From Paraphysomonas bandaiensis (lineage: Eukaryota; Protista; Chrysophyceae), in the NCBI GenBank assembly GCA_965644295.1, contig CBFFRP010000294.1, positions 31,594 to 95,593 on the forward strand: 64,000 nt of DNA. The letters are read 5' to 3'. Below the pieces are notes generated by a model that saw only the letters and a list, made by a program, of their open reading frames with translations, had not been told where the DNA came from and did not search any database. The position numbers and the translations under genes were made by a program. How positions within the stretch are numbered: the first letter of the stretch is position 1; the number at the start of each line of letters is the position of its first letter. This document shows positions 1-14,701 of the stretch, in pieces.

Positions 1-3000
1 GGACGCATGATACCCCCCGTAAAAAAACATACCTTATCTTCGAAACTCAGACAGAGGTGTACAACTGCATATGACAATAAGAACTGCAAAACAACTCCGA
101 AGACAATCTACCTTGTTCTGGGGATGGTGGCATTGGGGCCGTGGTGTTCACCCACTTCTCTATCTGTGATAGTTTCTCTGTTGTTTCAGCAGTTACATGT
201 GCTACCAACTTCGCCTGCTTCTTCTGATCGCCCACTACTGCTTCCAATTTATTCATTGCATGGCGAGACGCGGAACGACATGAAGATAGTTCCGAGTTTA
301 GATGTTCCATGGCGTCTTCTAACTGCTGCTTGGTGTCCGTAAACTGAAAAACTTCACATAAACACAACATCCTGAATAAAGTACATATGTCACCTTCGTT
401 TCGTCAAGTTCAGACTTGTCTTGTATATCTTTCACGCTTTCGCACAATTCTGTATTTCCATTATCAGAAACTGTACATTACTACCTATTCACACACCTTT
501 TAGTGTTGCACAACTCGTTGTCTGTGTCTGCTCCAATTTCTCCAGTCGCTCCAGCATTGTACCATGAAGCGAATACAGGCGCTCTAATCTACTGGTTTGT
601 GTTTCTACCTTTTCCAGAATATCACTAACATTGCCTGTGGGGTTATGGTTGCATTTATAACGGATATCCCTACAGAGTACACTACTACCTTCCAATCTGC
701 CAATACGATCATTAATCACTGTAAACTGCTCGGAGCTACGCCCATCGCGCTCAGCCCACTCCTCTTTCAAACGCACAAGATGGGCACTCACGGCTTTTCT
801 TTCATATATTATGGTAAAGTGAAGGCAAGGATAATTCAAGTGACATACTTGTGGTAATTATGCGTTGATTCGATAGTTTCACACCGTGATGTTATCTGCA
901 AAAACGCAATTACGAGAAAAATAGTAGAAAGAAATACTCATACCATGTTGCTAAGCTGGTGTCTATTGCGTTCAACTGTTTCAGTAATAGCAGCCACCCG
1001 GTTCGAAGCAGTCTCCTTTTCGCTTTCATATTCATGAAACTTGTGTTTTATACTGTCTATATACAAGCCTATGGCACGATGCACGCGTATTAACAAATTA
1101 CAATAGTACAGCAAATCAATATAAGATTCGTACAACAATACGCACCAATTAGCTCAATACACCCAACTGGATCCTTTTTAATATTCAGCCTGCTCATAAG
1201 CGATCCATAACATTCGCTCGTCTCTTGCAAAATGTCCAGAGGAGTACTGACAGCATGAGACAGGGATTTAATTTCATCGCAAACTCTGTTGGGCGGATTG
1301 TTATGGGTGTATATAGAGCTATCACTTTTGTCTACTTCTGGATCACCAGATACAGACATCCCTTCACAACTTTCCTTAAATTTTTGTAAGATTACTTTTC
1401 GCTTCCAGAATCTGAAGAATGGACCAAGAGAAGGGCGGCTATTTTGCTCCCACATGAACACCAAATTTCTGATATGTAACCTCAATTTCTATATACAGTT
1501 TTAGATTGAGTTAAAAATATAATTTCCGACCTCTCTTCTACATTGTAGTTTGTGAAAATGAATCCATTCAACAAACGCTTTCTTGAGCACAAAGCCCTGG
1601 CCAGCGTGGGACAAAAGTTGAAGTACACGACGACCTGTAGCACAATCACTTCACACAATCAACTACTCAAACAGCACCTCTTCTCAAGAGACCAATAGGA
1701 TCAAATTCTGTCAACCACAACAATAAATACAAAACAAAAAGACACGTGATTCTAACCTTGCCAAGACCGGTAGGCTCGACGCAATAAGTATATTTCTCTG
1801 TGATAAAACTAAATAAGGTAAAGCACCTGCCCCTTATACTGTACCTTTGTCGCACAAAAGCTTGCAAGTGTTCTACGCCTCTCTTCAGAGGCAAACTAAA
1901 TGCAATCTTAGTTGCTCGTGTAGACTGCACATACAAACTAAGGCCATTCTAACGGGGAATAATAGGGAAAAGCGTTATACCGTTATCATGGCCTGTGTGA
2001 GCTGCTCGTTCAGTTCAGTAACTGCCTCACGGATGCTGGCATTCGTCGCTTGTTTGAGGTCATTAAGCCTGACTCAGCAATTAATATAACAATCAATATG
2101 AAGCTTGCGTACTTTTGGGTTCCAGTGCTACTAGTCTCTGTATAGCAAAACGCATTACGCAGAAGAAAACAAAGCTTTAACCCTACCATCCAGGGATCTA
2201 TGTACCAGCTTCTCTGTCTCCATGACCTTTGTCTTGTCAACGCAGTTACGATACAACATGCTAGATTACCTTATTCATGAGGTACTTATTCTGGTTCGCG
2301 GCGTTGTCATCCGCCTGAGGCATACATGAACTTAGAAAAGTAGGACATACCGATATAATTCATACATCGTCCAATCTCGACACAATAGACTTTATCTGGC
2401 CCTCAAGACTGTCCTGTAGCTTTATCAACTCAACCTGGTTACAACAAAATAATTATATACAGTGAAATTTTCTTTCAGAACGTCATTACCATATTGGCAC
2501 CCCCATCTCGTTTCTCTTTCATCAAGCCTTTCACTTGCTTCTGAATCTCTACAATGGAATCAGATCACCGGCAAACATATACATAACCAAAAATATGCTC
2601 TACCTGACACTTTCGCAAACATACTCGCTTCGAGTGCATTATGAAGATCAATTCTTCGAACAACAAGTCTAAGTGCTTCGATGTCAGCAAATAATTGTTT
2701 TATTTTGTCCACATCATTTTCTTGCGAAGAATGGGCAGGTGACTTATTGAGAAGCTCGCGGACATTGTTGATGTCCTACATATCTATTACATAATGCACG
2801 ATACGCAAAATACAAACTCACAAGCTGACAATGTTCAATTTTTCGAATAAGACCAGGAATCTGCAGAGGCTTTAGGAAACGAATTACATGAAAGAGTGAG
2901 AGCAAAACCTTGTTGAGATCTTCCATAATTTGATCTAGCCAAGTTGGATGAGATATCTCTGTTTCATGCCTTTGTAATTGCTTTTTCATTTGCCTGAGAT

Positions 3001-3864
3001 GTATCTACACACAGAGATTATCATATGATTACATATAACTACGTACAACTTTATATATGACTATATATGACAATATATATGGCTACATACAACTTCATAT
3101 ATACGACTACATACAACTATATAGAACTATACATATGACTATATACCATTACATATATGACTATATAGAGCTATACATGACTATATTGAGCTATATACAT
3201 GACTATATAGAGCTATACATGACTATATAGAGCTTACATGACTATATAGAGCTATATACATGACTATATTGAGCAATACATGACTATATAGAGCTATATG
3301 TGACTATATAGAGCTATATACATGACTATATTGAGCAATACATGACTATATATCACTATATAGAGCTATGCATGACTATATTGAGCTATATGTGACTATA
3401 TAGAGCTATATACATGACTATATTGAGCAATACATGATTATATTGAGCTATATTCATGACTATATAGAGCTATACATGACTATATTGAGCAATACATGAC
3501 TATATATCACTATATAGAGCTATGCATGACTATATAGAACTATATATGACTATATAGAGCTATGCATGACTATATTGAGCTATATGTGACTATATAGAGC
3601 TATGCATGACTATATTGAGCTATACATGACTGCATAGAGCTATATGTGACTATATAGAGCTATATATGACTACACCCCTACCTCTAATGCTCCTGTATTG
3701 ACTTGAACAATAGTACTCGGTCTTTGAGTTCTTTGTGTTCTTTTAGCACGTAATGATTTTGCAGCTTCTTGCATCATTTGACGTCTATCATCATCACTAC
3801 TTGACTCTTCCTCGTCCTCCTCTTCTTCATTAATATTATTTAAACTATCCATATCATCATCCAT
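1..3864 (-). CDS. Multi-exon coiled-coil protein of unknown function; 3' end lies outside the window
   Basis: ATG at 3864 (MDDDMDSLNN...), followed by a chain of minus-strand ORF fragments (2744-2989, 1090-1485, 938-1138, 489-839, 47-370) bounded by GT/AG sites. The fragments are rich in E/K/L/Q heptads. The last visible exon ends in a GTATGT donor near position 30. Confidence 0.65.
3030..3672. repeat. Intronic minisatellite, ~20-22 bp unit (TATATAGAGCTATACATGAC-like), roughly 30 copies
   Basis: Visible degenerate tandem array filling intron 1 of the coiled-coil gene. Confidence 0.9.
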
Positions 3865-4583
3865 TATTTAATTAGAATATCTTGGTAGTTGTTTATTAAT
3901 ATGGTTATATTGATAGATGGTTATATGAATAGAGTTCTATATGTATGTATGTTTATATTTGAATTATGATGGTGTTTATATGGTAAAACGTATATATATA
4001 TATGTATATATGTACATATGTATATATGTATGTGTAGGTGTATGTGTATCTCATACATATAGACTATATTGTATGTAGTGGTGTGTGTATATATGTATAG
4101 GTGTATGTGTACAGCAGTGTATAGTATGGAGGGTATAGTACACTGCTGTATAGGTAGATGATAGTCTATGTCCTCTAGTCTCCAGTTTTTGGTGATATGG
4201 ACAGTAGGAATTCCTACAAACCATACCGCATAGTATGCCCTGCTGTGTACTGCTGTATATAAGTACTGTACTGTGTATACCATGTAGCGGTATATGGTAT
4301 ATACAGTACTGTATATAAACAGCAGTATACAGCAGCAGTATACCAATATACATATGGATACTACAATGCCGTCTAGCATATAGTACATAGTAGGAATCCT
4401 ACAGCAGTATACAGGCATATATGTATATATATATATATACATACATACATCCAACTCCTGCTATCATTAACGGCCTTATCACTATAATATAACAATTACA
4501 TACCCCTTACACACACACACATATATCTACATACCCTCCTCTCTCTTCCTTCTTATCTATTACCCCTCTATAAACTCAAACTA

Positions 4584-6382
4584 ATGGCTGCTACAATAGA
4601 AATGGAGCTGTGGAATATCTTCACATGCTATACATTACATGGATGTCCAAGAGATCCTAGTCGTATAACTGAAACACAATTTCTTAAATTATGTAAAGAT
4701 TCAGCTGTGTTTAATCCTTCTATGGTTGATGTACCATTAACTCAAGCGGATCTTCATCTTATATGGACATCAGAGTTAAAGGCATGCAATAAGGTGCGTA
4801 TATGTATGTATAGATGTATGTATAGATGTATGTAGAGACACTGTATATATATGTATGTATATACACTTGTATAGTTACTGTATAGATATATGTATTAGAC
4901 AACGATGGTTATATACGATATGTATAACATATAATGGCTATCTAGTCTGCTGGAAGTTCAGAATCTGGACGACTTGATTACAAGGAGCTGTTATCTTGCT
5001 TAATTAGGGTGGCTGCTAGATGCTATCCAAATTGTAGTGGTTCGGAGGAGTCCATGCAGCAGTTATTAATGGACAATATCCTTCCTATGGCTGCTCGCCG
5101 TCGGCCTGTCTCATTAACAAGCTTTGTGTCCCAACCGATGATTGAAGATCTCTTTGAATACTATCAGGAAGCTCTGCATGAAATATTTCGATACTACGCT
5201 AATAATTCTGATAACATATCACGGAACATGATTAAATCAACGGCTTCTAAATCCAGAACATTCGATGAACAGAAGAGTCTCATTGCTGAGGCTAGAGAAA
5301 GAACCCAAGCGCGCACAGTGACGGCCTCCCAGATGAATTACGAAGAGTTTTTAAGTTTTGCCAGCGATTTTGGTCTGGCAAGCAGGTAAAGAATAGTCGT
5401 ATTTGTGTATCATTGTTCTGCATAATCTATTACATAGCATGGCCCTTACTACTCTAGACCTGGGTGATATTTTCTTGACTGTAATATCCACACAGTCCTT
5501 TGAGACAACTCTGCGCAGTATCTCTTTTCGAGAATTTTGGGAGGTAAATGGATAACATCTGCTTCAAGAGCTAGCTGGATAATTAATCACTTGAATTCTT
5601 TTTGTAGGTTCTTGTGCGCTGCGCTCTGGTGGCCTTTCGAAAAACAAAAGTATGGTTATAGATAATCGTGTAATTGATATGAAATGAAACGGTTGTATAG
5701 GACATCCCCACCGAAGATAAGCTGAAAGGAATGTTTCTTTACATGTGGCGGCACATGCAACAGTCAATGCTCGCCAATAGTAGTGGAGGAGGAAGCAGAA
5801 CTGCAGCTGCTGGGGGCTTTACCATATTCCAGGGAGGGTTGCTTAGAGGCTCAAAGGTATGTACCATTCGTGACTTTTCATCTCGCGAATGGGAGTAAAG
5901 TAGTTTTGCAGATATTGAATGAGAGATTTATCATGGCTTGGAACAAAGATGGATTCAGAGATTATCTTGACAGAAATCATGTGAGGCCATAGATGCCTAT
6001 CACCACGTTTACTACATCTAACATTCGTTGTATCCCACAGAGCAGATCCGCTGCTGATACCGCTCACAACGATGGCAGCGTGATTGAGAAGGTGGTCGGA
6101 ATCCCAGCAAAATCTAAACACGGCACGAAAGATGACAGCAAGCGCAGTGGAGTAACGGCAGAGCGTCCTGCTACTCGTGCCAAAACCCCACCACGCCATA
6201 TTACTGTCAATATTCATATAAATGATAACGATGACTTGAATGACGAAAGGATTCAACCGCAACAGTTGCGTAAACTTTTGCAATCTCGGCCTGATCTTGC
6301 TCAACTTCTCTACGAATGTGTTGTGGAGGAGGGTTTGGATCAACTGGAAGACGAAGACGACGACCTTGATGCAAACACATGA
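4584..6382 (+). CDS. p25alpha/TPPP-like or EF-hand-like domain protein (multi-exon)
   Basis: The N-terminal 'FLKLCKD...LTQADLHLIW...LDYKELLSCLIRVAARCY' resembles the p25alpha domain pattern. Exons are joined by GT-AG introns, and an acidic C-terminus ends at TGA 6382. Confidence 0.55.
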
Positions 6383-7320
6383 AAGATCTTTGGTCATGTA
6401 ATGAAACTACTTGAGCATATGTAGAGTTCATTTCATTCTGTTCGTTGTTCTATATACTATACATACGTGTGAAAATGCTCATGTGACTAATTTATTCTAG
6501 ACAACTTCCTGGCAATCATTGTAGAAGATAATGGAGAATAGAATATTGCGGCCACACTATAGTTACCTTATGTCCTCTTTATTACTGTAGTTCCCCCTCG
6601 AGTAATCATATGAATTGATTTCTTATATATGTGTTAGGAAAGGGTTAATAACTAAAACGATATCAAGATTTTGGTTTACAAGTGGTAAGGGTAAATTAAT
6701 GTGGTACAGAGTACAGAGTCTCTATCATTAATAGTTCGAAGAATAAGAAAAAAACGATTATACACTATATTGAAAATCCACATACTTGAGAAAAACCACT
6801 TCAGCTATCAGCTATATATATAATATATAATATCTATAGGTATACTCTATCATTGTCAGCGTTGCAAGTGCTCTATAAACATATTAACCCCTCTCCTACT
6901 CCACTCCTGGCAGAATTCAATGCCGTCAATCGGAAAAGGCCAATGCTCCATCTCGAGGTCGTCGGTTTCATGTTTTCTTAGCGGACAAGAAGAAATTCAA
7001 AAGTAAGTATTTAGATATATAGCATATGTGTCATAGAGCATAGGTTGCTGCATGTGAAATGTAGATAAGCAAGAGGTTCTATACTCTATACTAGAATTGT
7101 TTACGACTCGTAGTACAACAACTGATAAATTGTAATATCAGAGAGATTGCATGACACGTAAATAATTATTATTGTGTGACTAATAATATCATTACTTTCA
7201 CATTGAGTGATAGAATGACATGCTTTTTCAAGCTAACAACAGATAGACGTAATTCTTGTAAAATAACCACTCACGATCTGAGAATAGCCTCCATGTATCC
7301 ATCCAGTAATTATACCCGAC

Positions 7321-9168
7321 CTAAATAGAAAATTTCGGCTGGTCCGCAATCGCAGCAACTGGGGAGCACGGAGGCGAGTCTTCCTCGGGTTCTCTTTTAG
7401 TTTTGACTGGTGTGGAGTTCGAAGATGATGGGTGAGACTTTCGCCCCACTCGGCGAACCAAATCCACATATTCTGGCTCTATAGGGTGGCCAAATGCTTC
7501 CGTTACAGGTGCCTCAGTGTCCACCACAGCCGTCTTGGCCATGTATGCAGTAGTGGGTTTAAAGAGTCGACTCTCGACGTTACTATAGACCTTCGAGCGA
7601 ATAAGTTTTGGCTTCCCTGTGTCAGGTACGGGTTGCGCAGGTGCATTAGCAGATCGAGGCCACGCGTTGTACGACGACGAAACAGTTGGACGACATAAGC
7701 GAGAATCACTGCTAATCACCTTCTTAGGAGAGAGCGAAGTACGGGACTTTCCGTTGGGAGACTGCGGAACGTGTTCATTACGAGGGACAATAAAATATGA
7801 TATGCATATAACAACCCAACATTTGAAAAGGTGTAACAAGATTCAACTTACATTGGGTGAATTCAATTCTTTCTTCTTCCAGGCTGATTCGCTGTATGCT
7901 CTTGTCGGACTATGGAGTTTCGATTCAATATTCTTAAACTTATAGTGGTGACTCTCAGGCACAGCGGGAGGGGGAAGATTGCTGTCCAATACGGACCCGC
8001 GGCGGACATTGGTGTTGTATTTCGGTTGCTGAGATGCGGTTGTCGACGCATCAGAAGTAACCGACATGCGAGGAGAGTATTTAGCCTTCTCACATGCAAC
8101 TGTCGTCTCGTGCAATCGCGAAGCAATGTCACGATAGAGTGAATCCTTAGGTGGGGACGAGAGGGCTGCAGCCTCAACGTGCAGTGTTTTTTCTGCATCT
8201 GACTTCTTGAAAGTTGTTAAAAATCTGGGCGATCCGGGGCGGGAATCTTCGCCTACCGATTTCTCGCTCCCCATCCACTTGCTACTCTCAGCTGCCAGCG
8301 TCGTGCGATGAAACCTCGCCTGTACGTGGTCATACGGGCTGCTCTCTCGTCTTGACACAACTGGAAGCTCTTTGTGAATCATCGACAGCTCACCAGGCAA
8401 CATACTTGTTGAGAATCTGCGGTTGACAGGCGAAGTCTTTTCCGAACCCTCGTCAGGATTTGCCGGCTTAACCCATTTCCCATGAATAGCAGCAGCGGTA
8501 GGATTCAGTAGACGAGACTGCACAGAGTCCTTGTACGGATCATGCCATCGAGAGCGGTCTTCAGTAGCATTAGAGAAGTCAAGAGTACTCACACTACTGC
8601 GTCGAACAGCTGTTGAAAAGACAGGCCCCGACTTCCGCCTCTCTACTTCATCAGCACTCCTGCAACTCAACCATCTGCCATTGGTCGTAGCTGCTGTGGG
8701 CGTGTGTAACTTAGACTGAACATCCTTATATTGGTGATTACCAATATACCCCTCTACATCATCATAGCTTCCTCCAATACCAGGCCATAACTTATTGCGA
8801 GGAAGTGTTCGAGGAGATGAGCTTCGTGATGTTCGAGGTGAACCACCAATAGAATTACGTGGTGATCCAGCTCTTGAACTACGAGGTGATAAACTACGAG
8901 GTGATATTGTTCCCGTCCATTTACCATTCATTGTAGCAACAGTAGGTTGATGTAATCTTGATGGTACATCTTTATATGATCCACGTCGATTATGATTTCT
9001 TTCTACTGTATTTTCAGTATTATGATTTGTATTATTCATATGAGGATGATTAATCTCATAATTATTTGAATGATCCTCATTAATTCCATTTAATGATGGG
9101 ATTTGATGAATTCTATCAAGTTCACTGTCTAAACTCTCACCACTTATAAGTACAGGCCCTGTATTCAT
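7321..9168 (-). CDS. Ser/Pro/Arg-rich protein with ~8 'YxxV.SRLH.PT.A' repeats; putative microtubule-associated protein
   Basis: ORFs 7843-9168 and 7321-7839 join across a GT-AG intron at 7851-7762, giving ~585 aa. The repeated motif is visible in the translation. Confidence 0.7.
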
Positions 9169-9785
9169 ATCTTTATCTTAACTACACTGTATTCATAATG
9201 ATATAATTGAGATAAGAAATCTTATATAATAATATCTATTAGAATTATCTCTTATTGATGTGATTGCATTGTATATATATATATATATATATGTATGGAA
9301 TGATCTATCGTACGATGATAGTTGCAGTAATCCTCATATACTATCCATTCATATGATATTATACTGTACTTCCAGGATGTTGAGGTATGAAGTGGAGGGA
9401 GATGGGATGATATCTAAAAAAACATGTACGATACAGATACAACTGAGTGTCAAGATCATCTGGATGGAGGAGGTATGATTGGTCCTCAACTTGGAAACAG
9501 GTATCTTGTAGAGATCCAATTTATTTCAGTTTTTTATGTCCAACAGCTTCACTATGTATATACGACGTAGTTCTGTACAGAGGATGAGATGCACTGAAAA
9601 TGGACGTTAGTTATGTCAATGTATGCATATATATATTAAGGTAAGAAGAAGTAACTCCTGTGATTGGACTCATTATTCATTCACTCATTTGTCTTTCACT
9701 GCAATATTGTAGCATATAGATATACATCTCTGTATATATACATACTGTCATCATTGTCTGTCTCCTCTAACCGTTAGATAGTAGT

Positions 9786-10640
9786 ATGACCTCAATCTCA
9801 TATACTCTGAAAGGAATCATATTATTACTATACTGTTTACAAATATATACATCACTTGAATATTATTCAAATAATCATTCTGATCCCACTTCAACTTATA
9901 AAGAAGATAATTATGAGAATATTTCTGTACGGAAATCAAATGCATTAATTCATGATTCCAACAAAATCAAAAGTGGTAAAAAAGCAGCCTTATCGGCACT
10001 TCGTGCTGTTTCTTCTGAAAATTGTGATTGGCGAACGAATCCTATTGCGCTTATGAAAGGAGAAGTGTGTGGTAGATACTATAAGATTCTTGGTATTGGC
10101 AATCGTCACGAGGCAGATATTGGTGATATAAAAAGAAGCTATAGATTAAAGAGCAAATCTCTTCATCCCGATAAGAACCCAAGTGGGGAATTAGCCCAGG
10201 AAGCATTTACATATTTAAGAGAAGGATATGAATGTCTCACTGATGAAAATTGTAAGCGCCACTATGACTACAGCCTTACAATCATGGAACAGGATAACTT
10301 ACGAAGACGTAAAGAGCGTCTCGCCGTGGCCACCAAATGTGCTCGTGATATAGTGGAGAAGACACACTACTACACTACATTTGCAGCCTCGATGATTGAC
10401 CAAGGTATTAGGAATATATTCTGTGTGCTAAATAACTGATTGTGCTCCTATTCCGCAGCTGCTGGTTCTGTATGGGATAGACTTGGCACGATTCGTGTAT
10501 TCGACGTCCAGCTTGGCCGAGTAGCGGGATTAGTATACGCCGCCCTTTACCGCAAAGGAGCTCTCATTGCAGTTGCGCTGGCTAAGCTAGTGTTACTGTT
10601 CAACCAAGCTGTAATGCAAAGTGTTGATCGCGTAGAGTAA
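9786..10640 (+). CDS. DnaJ-domain protein with N-terminal signal/TM segment and C-terminal hydrophobic segment
   Basis: J-domain 'YYKILGI...IKRSYRLKSKSLHPDKNP...AF..L.E.YE.L' with HPD motif; intron 10405-10458. Confidence 0.85.
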
Positions 10641-10894
10641 TAGGCCACAAAGAATGGAAAGGAATTACTCCGTGGAGTAGACTTTCAAATATTTTATAGA
10701 TAGTAGTAGTATTTATTATAGGTCAGTGTCTTTTATCGTCATTTTTATCAGTCAAATGATGTCGTATATAATAACTGAGACAAATATAAATATATTCGAA
10801 AAAGTTGAAGAGTAGTGAACTTTCTATGTTTCGGCATTTCACAGGCCAAAATATATTAGAGTGATTTTTTTATAAACTGTGGTATCAAAACTGT

Positions 10895-11063
10895 ACTTAG
10901 TAACACTTACTTCTATTCACACTTAGTAACAACTTAGTAACACTTACTTCTATTCGCACTTAGTAACAACTTAGTAACACTTACTTCTATTCACACTTAG
11001 TAACAACTTAGTAACACTTACTTCTATTCACACTTAGTAAAAACTTAGTAACACTTACTTCTA
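10895..11063. repeat. Tandem repeat, 37-bp unit (ACTTAGTAACACTTACTTCTATTCACACTTAGTAACA), ~4.5 copies
   Basis: Near-identical tandem units read directly; no spacers. Confidence 0.9.
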
Positions 11064-11256
11064 CATTAGTATACTTATGATAAACAGGTGTTGCTGAGAA
11101 CAGATTTCACCAGGTGTTACATTGCTATGTTATATATATTCTAACGCAAGAACAATGCAAACACGACAGACGTAGTACTTCTATGTATTATTTCTGCTTA
11201 CAGTATACTAGGCAAAAGAATAATTGCCAACATTAAATATAAAATCAGGACTAAAT

Positions 11257-11333
11257 TATTGTTAGATATTGATGGAGTTTTGAAACCCGCTGAACAATAC
11301 TATCGCCATTCAATATATTGTTGCCATGCCCTG
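11257..11333. repeat. Dispersed repeat, probably a transposon-end remnant, similar to 59514-59611
   Basis: Shared blocks TATTGTTAGAT, ATTGATGGAGTTTT, ACAATACTAT and CAATATATTG. Confidence 0.55.
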
Positions 11334-12035
11334 GTCACAGTCGATTGGGTCTAGTAGGTGTGCATAGATTTACCACAAAGTTTTAAAATATTGGATTTAC
11401 CAACATGGGTAAATTTGATTAATATCAACCACTCCCGATGGCTATAACACAACCCGTGATTGATAGCATTAGAAACATGAAAAGGTTTACTTTTTATATA
11501 AGTTACTGTACTTAATTTGTAATGTGTAAATGACGTTCAGCGGAGTTTTCAGTTGTGTAGATTATAATTTTGAAACTGTCATACTTCAACATACACTTCA
11601 ACCGTAGCATTACTATACCATGTAAGCTGCTCAGTATATCGCTTTGAGTCTGTGCTGCGCTGCAGTTGTCATGACAGCATCATCAGGTTCACAACTCAAT
11701 TTGTGGTTTCTTCCAGGCACATTTTGTCCACATGCTGCTGTCATCTACATGTACATCACTGCAGCCAATATCTAGATATCTTATACATATATATGTATGT
11801 ATCCTCTAGATATCTCGATATCTAGATATTCAGGGCTGTATATTGAGGTTTCTAGACTATTATTGGGAAAAACAGAACGTAAATTTGTACTTCATGTCGT
11901 TTCCATGTATACGTTATGTATACCGCGGTATACCCTACACTGCAGTTGAACACATACACAGTTATATAAGCTACAGTTTCATTTAAGGACTTCGTGTGGT
12001 GCATATATATATTCATATAATCCAAGTGTGAAGCC

Positions 12036-12807
12036 ATGATAGGTGGAGAATATGATGGTGAACTCAAAGATGGAGTTCGTGAAGGTCATGGTAAATTAAC
12101 TTGGTCAAATGGTGATTACTATGAGGGAGAATTCAAGAATGGTTTGCGTCATGGAATGGGAGTGTTTTGTGAGCCGAATGGACGAAGATATGAAGGAAAA
12201 TGGGCACTAAGTATGAGAGAAGGAGAAGGAAGAGAGACTTGGCAAAATGGAGATGAATATAGAGGTAGTTTATGGAAGTTAAGGTGATCTTACTGATTAT
12301 CTATTGCAGGCAACTACTCCAGAGATAAATTCGAAGGTCATGGTGAGCTAACTACTAAAAGCACAGTGTATAAAGGGCAATTTCATGACAACTTTAAAAG
12401 TGGACTTGGGACAATGACGTTTAAACATGGATGTAGATATGAAGGCCTATGGTCGAAGGGAAGGTTTCATGGTAAAGGGGTATATTTCTGGGCTGACGGG
12501 AGGAGATATGACGGGCAGTGGGAAGATGGCATGAGAACTGGTAGATATTTATTTGTTTTATATTGTTGTGCGGTGTATATATACATAGAATTGATCTTGA
12601 CATGTGCCATGTATAGGCCCAGGTATAATGTATTTTCCGAATGGTGAAAGATATGATGGCACATGGTTGCGAAATAAAATGCATGGACCAGGATGGTGGA
12701 GATTTACTAATGGTAAAGTTCGTTCTGGTGAGTGGCGGAATGATGAGCATGTCCGTTGGACGGGACCAGAGCAATTTGAGACACAGATGATGAAGCGAAA
12801 AAAATAG
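12036..12807 (+). CDS. MORN-repeat protein
   Basis: Many 'YEGEF/W.NG.RHG.G' MORN repeats across three ORF segments separated by two short introns. Confidence 0.9.
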
Positions 12808-14701
12808 TAGATTTGTTTATCGTTATAGTAGATCCTGTGGTAAAAGTGTTTGTCGTTTAATGTGTATAGTTTTATTAATGGATATTTGGCTCATGGCGTC
12901 ATGAATACATTCCGAATATGATTTCTTCGCGCTAGTATATGGAAGAAAGGCAATAGCTACATAGCGCAGACAGGATAGCCCAGACTGAGCAAAATTCAAG
13001 TGGTAGTACTGCACGCTAGAAACTTCACGATGCCCAATGAAAATTTCAATAAATATCTTATCAAATTTGTGTGCTCTAAAATAGAATAGCATATTTCATT
13101 TTGGTGAAGCTCAAACACTCAGTATGAAATACTAGTTTCTGGTTTCTGCATTGTATACTGTGACCACATATCAGCAACAACATCAGTACATATAATTGCA
13201 ACTTGTATACTGTCAGTAGAAGAAGCCACACCGAACATATTGCATGAATGAAGGAATACAATTGTATGGAACGTGCTGCTGTATAATAAACATTGTACAA
13301 GTAGGCTCTACCAAGGCTAGGAAAGAAAAAGACTTTTATCTGACTTACTAACAGGCAACAAATGCCATAATAAGTCGTCTACAAATGGTACATTGCTCTC
13401 AGAGCCTAAAGTTATTATTTATATTTGGTCAGAGCTTGTTAGAGCACTGTACTAAAGCCAGAAACTTAAATGCCGTTGAAATCTACCGTAATATCTATAG
13501 TATATCACTTATCTACATGTTATCGTAGAACGGATATAATACAGCAATCATTTTATGTTTATACTAGATAGGTGTCAACCAAGTTCTGATACTACTTGTT
13601 CAATAAAATAGTGGACTTTACATGATTGCAAAGGTAGCACCAGACATCCCTGCTCATATTACCACTTCTCGTCCACAAATATATATGTCCCACCAAATTT
13701 TCGTTGTATTAATTATGATAGCCGGTCTATTGAAGCTGCTATGAATCTTGCATGGTTTGGAACTCTAAAATGCATAAGCAGAGTATACTCAGGATACACA
13801 CTGGCAGATAGCTAATAATTTTGTTGACTCCTCATGTATGTAAGTAAATCTGCGTTAGATAGTCTTTATGTAGTGTTTGTCATTGCTCGAAATCATTGAC
13901 TTCTAGCTGTGTATAATGTTCATACTGCTTCTATCCACTACAAACACCCATAAGATGACATCACTACTACTTGCAGCTACGAAACAGTTTAGATGCTTTC
14001 AAAGGAAGATTATGGTATATTCTTGCATTAGAAAGTGATTCTTCCTGCTTGACAGGCGTTGATTCTCCCATATATATATAATTCTCACCCTGTCCACTTG
14101 CTTACTGATATCTACGCTGTATCCAACTTTTATAGCTATAAGGAGGTTTTGGTGAAGAACAAATTATTAAAATATTCCAAATTCCCAAAATTCAATCACA
14201 AAATCGTGAAATTCCCAACATGAAAATGGAAAAAGTAGGTTTATTTTCGGAAAGGATGGGAAATATTCTCCAAACATTGTTGATGGTGGTACTGTATACT
14301 GTACAGTACGTACAGCAACAGTGTTGTACGGTGTCCAACAGTATGTCCAGATGTATGAAGGTGTTTCTACATCTGTAGAGCTGCTGTATGTACTGTATGT
14401 AACTACTACATACGTGTGTGAGAGGTAGCGAGCGGCTATATATATAACAGAACACTGAGTGTGTTAAGTCATCCTCCATATATCCCTATATACACATCCT
14501 ACTACCATAAATCATATGGAATAACCTCTCAATACTTCACATATTATACAACTATATATATCATTATCATCTAATCGAATTACCATTATTCATATATAAT
14601 AAACACACTCTCCCCTTATTCCCTTCTTCACTCCTAGTCCACACAGTTCCTATATATAGATACATATATATAACATGCAATCATATTATATCCTATAAAT
14701 T

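Noticed and set aside
3921-4454. Y/I/C/H-rich ORFs in TA-rich intergenic islands (also near 29241-29569 and 36385-36909)
   Set aside because: Low-complexity by-products of TATA/ACAT-rich sequence with no protein-like signal.
10895-11063. CRISPR-like array
   Set aside because: Contiguous tandem units with no unique spacers, in a eukaryotic context with no cas genes.
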